64,000 nt of DNA from Eledone cirrhosa (taxonomy: Eukaryota). This document shows positions 54,215 to 64,000 of this stretch, piece after piece; positions within the stretch are counted from its first letter, which is position 1, and each line of letters begins with the position of its first letter. A program made the position numbers and the translations under genes. The stretch covers positions 16,306,001-16,370,000 of the forward strand of contig OZ024754.1 in the NCBI GenBank assembly GCA_964016885.1, in the 5' to 3' direction. The notes beneath the pieces are model-generated. The model ran no database searches. It was not told where the DNA came from and saw nothing but the letters and a program-made list of their open reading frames with translations.

Positions 54215-55118
54215 CTAGCAGTGGTACCCGGCGTTGCACGGGATAAGGTATTTTGGAAGGCGGGCCGCCAACAGACCTACTCATGGAAAAACTGCATGTC
54301 TGGACAATATGTAAAGAAAATAAACCGAATAATCTGATGGCTGGATAATCTTTAAGATTTTCTTCGATGAAGCAGGAAAAATGCAGGTTTTCACCTAATG
54401 CGGGCCGTAGGGGATCCAGAAAATGAATTTTTTTTATGTGCATAATATGCCTTGAAATTTCTGGAAAATCGGCTAGACGTAACGCCTCCAAAAAGCCCTA
54501 AAAAGCTGAAAAAATGAAGTTTTTCACCTAATGAGGGCCCTAGGCCATAAAAAAGTTAGATTTTCTTTGCTCACAGTATGAAGAAGAGACTGACTAATAG
54601 ATAGTTACAATTTTAAGGAAATCGGTCTGACATAACACCTCAAAAAACCCCTAAAAAGCTTTAAAAAACGCAGTTTTTCACCTAATGCGGGCCCTAGGAG
54701 ATCAAAAAGTTGAAACATAAGTAATACACATGTAAAGTTTGAAAAAAGTCGGTTGGGTACTTCTCGAGTTTTAGGGATTCAAACTCACAGACACACACAT
54801 ACACACAGACTGACATCCGCAGGGAAGTGACGTAATGCAGACAGCCAGACATACAGACAGATATTATAAGGGCGCGACGTTATATGTATGTATCTTTCTA
54901 AGAAGAGAAAGACTAAGAATTATAGAGCGAGATCACTAAATCGCCTAATGCGGTCCCGAGGGCATTGAAAATTTGAAATTCTTTTTGCTCAGAACACTCC
55001 CTGAAACATAAGTATTACATGTGTAAAGTTTGAAAACAGTTGGTTGGGTGTTTCTCGAGTTTTAGGGATTCAAACTCACACACACACAGACAGACATCCT
55101 CAGTTTTATATATATAGA
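54215..55118 (-). mobile_element. Non-autonomous Helitron (same termini as 32318-33156, different interior)
   Basis: The + strand starts CTAGCAGTGGTACCCGGCGTTGCACGGG and ends cagttttatatatataGA|T. Internal repeats contain ttttcacctaatgcgggcc. Confidence 0.85.
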
Positions 55119-55243
55119 TGCCAGCAAGTGGCTGATGAGGTAGAGATGCAGTTGTTTGTCTTATGTAACTGTTTTTTTGCTGTATCTGGTTATATTGAAA
55201 TGTAGATATAGTGATAGATAGATATGGAGAGGGTTATATATAT

Positions 55244-55720
55244 CATCATCTTTTAACATTTATCTTCCACGCTAGCATGGGTTAGACAGGAACTGTCCCA
55301 TTTGAGGTAAGATTGATCGGGTGACCATGTCTCGCTTGTACAGGACTGTCTGGCAGGTTTTCTACGGTTGGATGCCCTTCCTAACACCAAGCACATTTAC
55401 AGTGTGGACTGGGAGCTTTTTACCGTGTTACCTACACAACCACATTACAGCGTGGACTGTTTTTTTTTTTTTTTTTTTTTTTTTTTCCCTTTCTCTCTTC
55501 CTTTTTTTTCTCCTTTTTTTTTGTCGTGACACCTACACGACCTCATCAGTTTGGACTGGATGTTGTGGTACCAACATAACTTTACAGAGAAAGGGTGGTG
55601 TTGGTGGGAGTGGGAGGATGGAGTAGGGGTAGTGGGTTGGGATGTATGTTTGGTTTGGAGGGTCCTACTGAGTGTAGGTTAACTTTGCATGTAGGGAAAG
55701 GGGTCTTCTGTATTAATGTG
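55244..55720 (-). mobile_element. RTE 3' UTR copy
   Basis: Near-identical to 6478-6897 and the reverse complement of 58310-58722. Confidence 0.85.
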
Positions 55721-55747
55721 TGGCACCAAAAATCTCAATCCAGTGAC

Positions 55748-56588
55748 ATATATATCTATATATTGGGAGATAGAAGTAGGGAGATATATCTATATATATA
55801 TAGAGAGAGGGAGGGAGATATATCTATATATATATAGAGAGAGGGAGGGAGATATATATATATAGAGAGAGGGGGAGGGAGATATATCTCCCTCCCTCTA
55901 TATATATATATATATAGATATATCTCCCTCCCTCTCTCTATATATAGATATATCTATATATATATAGAGAGGGAGGGAGATATATATATATAGAGAGAGA
56001 GGGAGGGAGATATATCTATATATATATATAGAGAGGGAGGGAGATATATATATAGAGAGAGGGAGGGAGATATATATATAGAGAGAGGGAGGGAGATATA
56101 TCTATGTATAGAGAGTGGGAGGGAGATATATCTATATATAGAGAGAGAGGGAGGGAGGGAGATATATCTATATATAGAGAAAGATAGAGAGAGAGAGATA
56201 TATAATTATATATATATAGCGAGAGGGAGGGAGGGAGATATATCTATATATATAGAGAGAGAGGGAGGGAGGGAGATATATCTATATATATAGAGAGAGA
56301 GGGAGGGAGGGAGATATATCTATATATATAGAGAGAGAGGGAGGGAGGGAGATATATAATTATATATAGAGAGGGAGGGTGATATATCTATATATATATA
56401 GAAAGAGAGGGAGGGAGATATATCTATATATAGAGAGAGGGAGGGAGATATATCTATATATAGAGAGAGGGAGGGAGATATATCTATATATAGAGAGAGG
56501 GAGGGAGATATATCTATATATAGAGAGAGGGAGGGAGATATATATATAGAGAGAGAGGGAGGGAGATATATCTATATATAGAGAGAGA
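55748..56588. repeat. Compound GGGA/GA/TA minisatellite of about 30 bp
   Basis: gagggagggagatatatctatatatagaga units. Confidence 0.95.
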
Positions 56589-56759
56589 TTTGCTATTTAT
56601 CCAGAAGCCACCACAGCTAATGTATTTATAATGTATTTCTATGTATTTTTATCTTTGAAGAAATGTAAATATAGACAGCGTGCTGTTCTCTTTACACACG
56701 ACAACAGATTTCTAAGGCAAAACTTGGTTCATTGTAGTGATTTGAAACATGGTGTTTGT

Positions 56760-58722
56760 AACCTTGATATTGTCGGGGAGAAGTGTGTCTGTAATGATGA
56801 TGGTGTACTTGCCATCACTAATGCTGATAAGAAGGGAGCTTGGAAGTGTCACTACGAGAGGCTATTAAATGAGGAGAATAAGTGGGAAAAAGATAGTCTG
56901 CCCCAAATCGATCCAATAGAGGGACCAGCAGTGCAAGTTAATGGTAGTATAGTAAGTAAGGCAATCAAAGATATGAAGACAGGCAAAGCAGCTGGGCCTT
57001 CGGAGATAGTTGCTGAGATGTTGAAAGCATCTGGAACGGTGGGACACACTATGGTCACCCGGATAGTAAACCAAGTCATACAGAATGGGGTCATACCAAA
57101 TGACTGGCGTAGCAGCATCATCATTAACTGCTACAAGGGTAAAAGAGATGCCCTAGATAGGGCAAACTATAGAGGCATTAAATTAATTTACCAGGTCATG
57201 AAGGTCACAGAAAGAGTTATAGCGTAACTAATCAGAGAGCGAATTGATCTAGATGAAATGCAGTTTGAGTTTCGTCAGGTAAAAGTACCACAGATGCTCT
57301 TTTCCTTGTACAACAACTACCTATTATTGCCCTTCAGGCTATAACAGAGGAGTTCAAGACCATGGGAACTTCTCTATGCAGATGATCTAACGCTCATAGC
57401 TGAATCAATGGCTGAACTAGAGAACAAATTACAAACATGGAAGCATGGCCTAGAATCAAAAGGCCTTAAAATTAACTTGTCTAAGACTAAAGTTCTAGTA
57501 TGTAGGAAGGAAAATAGGGCACAGGTCCCTCATGGGAAATGGCCATGTTCAGTGTGTAGGAAAGGAGTAGGCAGAAACTCCATTTTATGTCCCAAATGCA
57601 AAGTATGGGTGCATAAAAGATGTAGTGGGATCACAGGTAAGCTAACTAAGAACATAGATTTTATATGTGACCGGTGCTCAGGTGCAATAAGTAGTAGCAA
57701 ATGCCCACAGGATACTAGCTCCTTCCATTGCCCAGATAGTTCTATAGAAATAGTGAACACCTTCCGTTACCTGGGTGACAAAATCAGCAGTGGTGGAGGG
57801 TGTTCTGAAAGTATAGTAGCCAGAGTCAGAACGGGATGGAAAACGTTCAGAGAGCTTATACCACTATTGGCCGCTAAAGGTTTCTCTCTAAAAAATGAAA
57901 GGCAGGCTGTATGATGCCTGTATACGAACAGCAATGCTACATGGCAGTGAGACATGGGCATTGTGTGCTGAGGATCTGCGCAGACTGGAGAGGAACGAAG
58001 TTTCCATGCTCCGTTGGATGTATAATAGTAATATACGTGAACAGCAAAGCATAAAGGAACTAAGTGAGAAATTAGAAATAAGAGGGATTAGATGCTGTTT
58101 ACTCGAGAGAAGACTACGTTGGTATGGTCACGTGATGCGCATAAAAGACGACAGTAGTATAAAAAGTGCAGGGCGATCAAAATTGATGGAAGCTACGGAG
58201 TAGGCAGACCCAGAAAAACCTGGGGCGATTTGATAACTTCTGACCTTACACACTTACACCTCTCCAAGACAATGTCACTGGACCGAGATCTTTGGCACTA
58301 CACAGTAATACAGAAGACCCGCCTTGCCTAAGTACAAAGCAAAACCTACAGTCAGTAGGCACCTCTTAACCAAAAATACACATTCATCCCACTACCCCAT
58401 CCACACCACCCCATCAACACCACCCCTTTCTCTGTAAAGTTATGTTGGTACCACAACATCCAGTCCTAAATAAATGAGGTTGTGTAGGTGTCATGACAAA
58501 AAAACACAGAGTCCACGCTGTAATGTGGTCGTGTAGGTAAAACGGTAAAAACCTCCCAGTCCACACTGTAAACATGGTTGGTGTTAGGAAGGGCATCCAG
58601 CCGTAGAAACCTGCCAGACAGTCCTATATGAGCAAGACAACCAATCTTGCGCCAAGTGGGACAATTCCCGTCTAAACCCATGCTAGCATAGAAGATAGAC
58701 GTTAAACAATGATGATGATGAT
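56760..58722 (+). mobile_element. RTE-clade LINE, 5'-truncated and disrupted, with a PHD-like finger in ORF2
   Basis: [56 protein letters not shown] and MLHGSETW are present. There are stops, frameshifts and an internal RT deletion near 57310. The tail is (GAT)n. Confidence 0.93.
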
Positions 58723-59508
58723 GAACTGTATTCTTGCAATGACCAATAACTACTAAGAATTTTATTGTTTTCTATATATTTCAATACAAATACAGACATA
58801 TTTGTTTCAGGCAGGAAAACACCAGCTGATAAAATTGTTTACATAAAAATATAGTTTGGTTTAGTTTCTGGAAACATATTGAGCTAATGTTCACAACATG
58901 TTATATTTACCCTTGGTTTTCAATGAGAAGTAATGTTAACTATGTAACAAATATTTATAAGTTATATTAACACTTGGGTTTTCAAAATATTGTGATGATA
59001 GCTAAGTTAAGGGCCAAGACATTTGCTTGAGGGAGTTTCTTCTTTGAACACCTTCTGCTGTCCAGCTTTCCTGAGGGTTTGAACACCTTCTCCCGAGGGT
59101 TTGAACACTTTCTGCTGACAGTTTCTTACTACTGTCCTCAATTTATACCAGCTCTTCATTTTTAATATATGATGATGTTAGCTATACAACATATATTCAT
59201 GACAAGTTATGTTAATTTGTGGTCTTCAATGTATTATAATGTTAGCTATGCAACATATAACAAGTTTATGATGTTAGCTATGTAACATATATTTATGACA
59301 AGTTATATCAACTTGTGTTTTCAAAGTGTTATAATGTTAGCTATGTAACATATTCACAAGTTATACCATCTACTGGAGGTGCGCTGGGGGCTGGGGGGTT
59401 GTGAAGAAGAAAAATAATTTTTGATTTGCCACATATGATTATTAGAGATAGTAAACTTATGTTTCATTAGAACATTGTTGAGATGTATTTCAATCATCAT
59501 CATCATCA

Positions 59509-59735
59509 TTTAACCCTTTAGCATTTAAACTTGTCGTATCCGGCCAGAATTCTCTCACCTCTTTCTGTTCAAACCGGCCATAACTATCTGCTCTTACTTA
59601 TGTTAAGGTATTGTTCTCAAAATAAATAACATCAAAATCTCGTAGATTTGATATTATGTGAGATAATTATGTAAGATAAAGCCTTTACCACAAAAATACA
59701 ACAGTAAATGCTAAAGTAAAGTGCTAAAGGGTTAA
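59509..59735 (+). mobile_element. piggyBac-like MITE inserted in the TTAA of an RTE tail
   Basis: catcatt|TTAACCCTTTAGCA..TGCTAAAGGGTTAA|cgtccatcttccacgctagc. Confidence 0.85.
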
Positions 59736-59787
59736 CGTCCATCTTCCACGCTAGCATGAGTAGGACGGGCCCTCCAAAAAGAGCTAA

Positions 59788-59845
59788 GGTTTTGGTGAGG
59801 CTTGAACTCCCAGCCTTCTGCGTGTGAAGCAGACACCTGAACATT
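59788..59845 (-). pseudogene. tRNA-Val(CAC)-like 3' half (pseudo-tRNA or SINE head)
   Basis: Perfect anticodon arm TCTGC-TT-CAC-AC-GCAGA and T-arm GGGAG-TTCAAGC-CTCAC. The D-arm and 5' acceptor strand are not recognisable. Confidence 0.55.
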
Positions 59846-60163
59846 TGCCTAAAGAGGATAGTTTCCCCACGTAGTCTTGTATTAACAGCACACCCCATAT
59901 GCCGAAGTAGAGGGCAATGAAGGTGGGTAGTCTGTAACACCTGGACTGTTTTTATTTTATTTTCCTCTCTCTAATATTAATATGTGATATTGATTTTATT
60001 TTTTATATGTAATTCAGCTGAGCTAAATAAATAACAAAAAATGTAGTTATAAAGACTAATAGAAATTTGTATGTAAGTGTGTGCGTATATGTGTGTGTGT
60101 ATATGTGTGTGTATGTATGCACGTATGTGTGTGTATGTATGTGTGTATGTATGTATGTATGTG

Positions 60164-60391
60164 TGCCCTGAGTGTGGAAAGATTGGCTTGAGCAGATCTG
60201 GTCTCAGGAGCCACAGTCGCAGCCATGTTCAAAGAGAACCAGTGAACTATAATCTCCACGGTGTTGTGAGGGTTCACAGGCAACCTGATGCAGGACCTGA
60301 AGCCAGGGAGATCCATAGTTGTCGTCAGTGTGTGAAGGAGTGCAAGTCTCTAGCAGGCCTGAAAAGCCATATGCGAGTGTCACACATCTGA
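60164..60391 (+). pseudogene. Two C2H2 zinc fingers, probably a LINE-derived fragment
   Basis: CPECGKIGLSRSGLRSHSRSH and [22 protein letters not shown] fit C-x2-C-x12-H-x3/4-H. Confidence 0.6.
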
Positions 60392-60539
60392 ATCTGACAA
60401 GCGATTGCAATACTCTCGGCAGAGTTTTTGTCGTGACACCTACACGATCTCATTTGTTTCGGCCTCGATGGCGCGGCACCAACATAACTTTACATAGAAC
60501 GGGGTGGTGTGGATCGGGTGGGGGTGGTGGTGGTGGGAC

Positions 60540-63184
<2,645 letters not shown>

Positions 63185-63192
63185 TGTATATG

Positions 63193-63225
<33 letters not shown>

Positions 63226-63294
63226 GTATATATATATATATGTATATATATATGTATATATATATGTATATATATATATATGTATATATATATG

Positions 63295-63345
<51 letters not shown>

Positions 63346-63456
63346 GTATATATATATGTATATATATATGTATATATATATATGTATATATATATATATG
63401 TATATATATATGTATGTATATATATATGTATATATATATATATGTATATATATATG

Positions 63457-63525
<69 letters not shown>

Positions 63526-63802
63526 GTATGTATATATATATGTATATATATATATGTATATATATATGTATGTATATATATATGTATATATATATATGTA
63601 TATATATATATGTATATATGTATATATATATATATGTATATATATATGTATATATATATATGTATATATATATGTATATATATATGTATATATGTATATA
63701 TATATGTATATATATATGTATATATATATATGTATATATATATGTATATATGTATATATATATGTATATATGTATATATATATATGTATATATATATGTA
63801 TA
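63185..63802. repeat. (TA)n/TG microsatellite
   Basis: Read directly. Confidence 0.98.
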
Positions 63803-64000
63803 TACCATAGATTCAGCTATGAGTGCGAGGTCATCAGCATACAGGAGCCCATGGGAACTCCTGTATGCTGATGACCTCGCACTCATAGCTGAATCTATGG
63901 TAGAACTAGAGAATAAATTCCAAACCTGGAAGCAGGGACTAGAGAGAAAGGGCCTCAAAGTCAACATGACAAAGACTAAGGTCCTTATAAGTAGACGAGA
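63803..64000 (+). mobile_element. RTE LINE 5'-truncated at the YADD motif with a foldback 5' end
   Basis: [32 protein letters not shown]. 63803-63847 is the inverted copy of 63858-63902. Confidence 0.9.

Overview
Repeat-dominated, AT-rich animal genomic DNA with no complete host gene. The SINE, RTE and microsatellite repertoire suggests a cephalopod such as octopus (inference). The window opens (1-3.5 kb) with four head-to-tail, 5'-truncated Tx1/L1-type retrotransposon copies. All lie on the minus strand and all are bounded by a (GATA)n-based minisatellite, which points to a microsatellite-targeting retroelement system. A 14.5-kb array of 234 units of 62 bp (34.6-49.1 kb) shows no net length change, varies at only a few positions and has nested higher-order periods. 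Other repeats and elements: a 77-bp (ATGGT)-derived minisatellite, a decayed Tc1 transposon, RTE and CR1 LINE remnants, two non-autonomous Helitrons, piggyBac-, pogo- and hAT-like MITEs, and a 526-bp near-perfect foldback with TGT..ACA ends. Many tRNA-derived SINEs are present, plus Penelope-type repeats carrying minimal hammerhead ribozyme cores. A candidate promoter and first exon lies at about 15.1-15.4 kb. The long YI/CV-rich ORFs are microsatellite artefacts.
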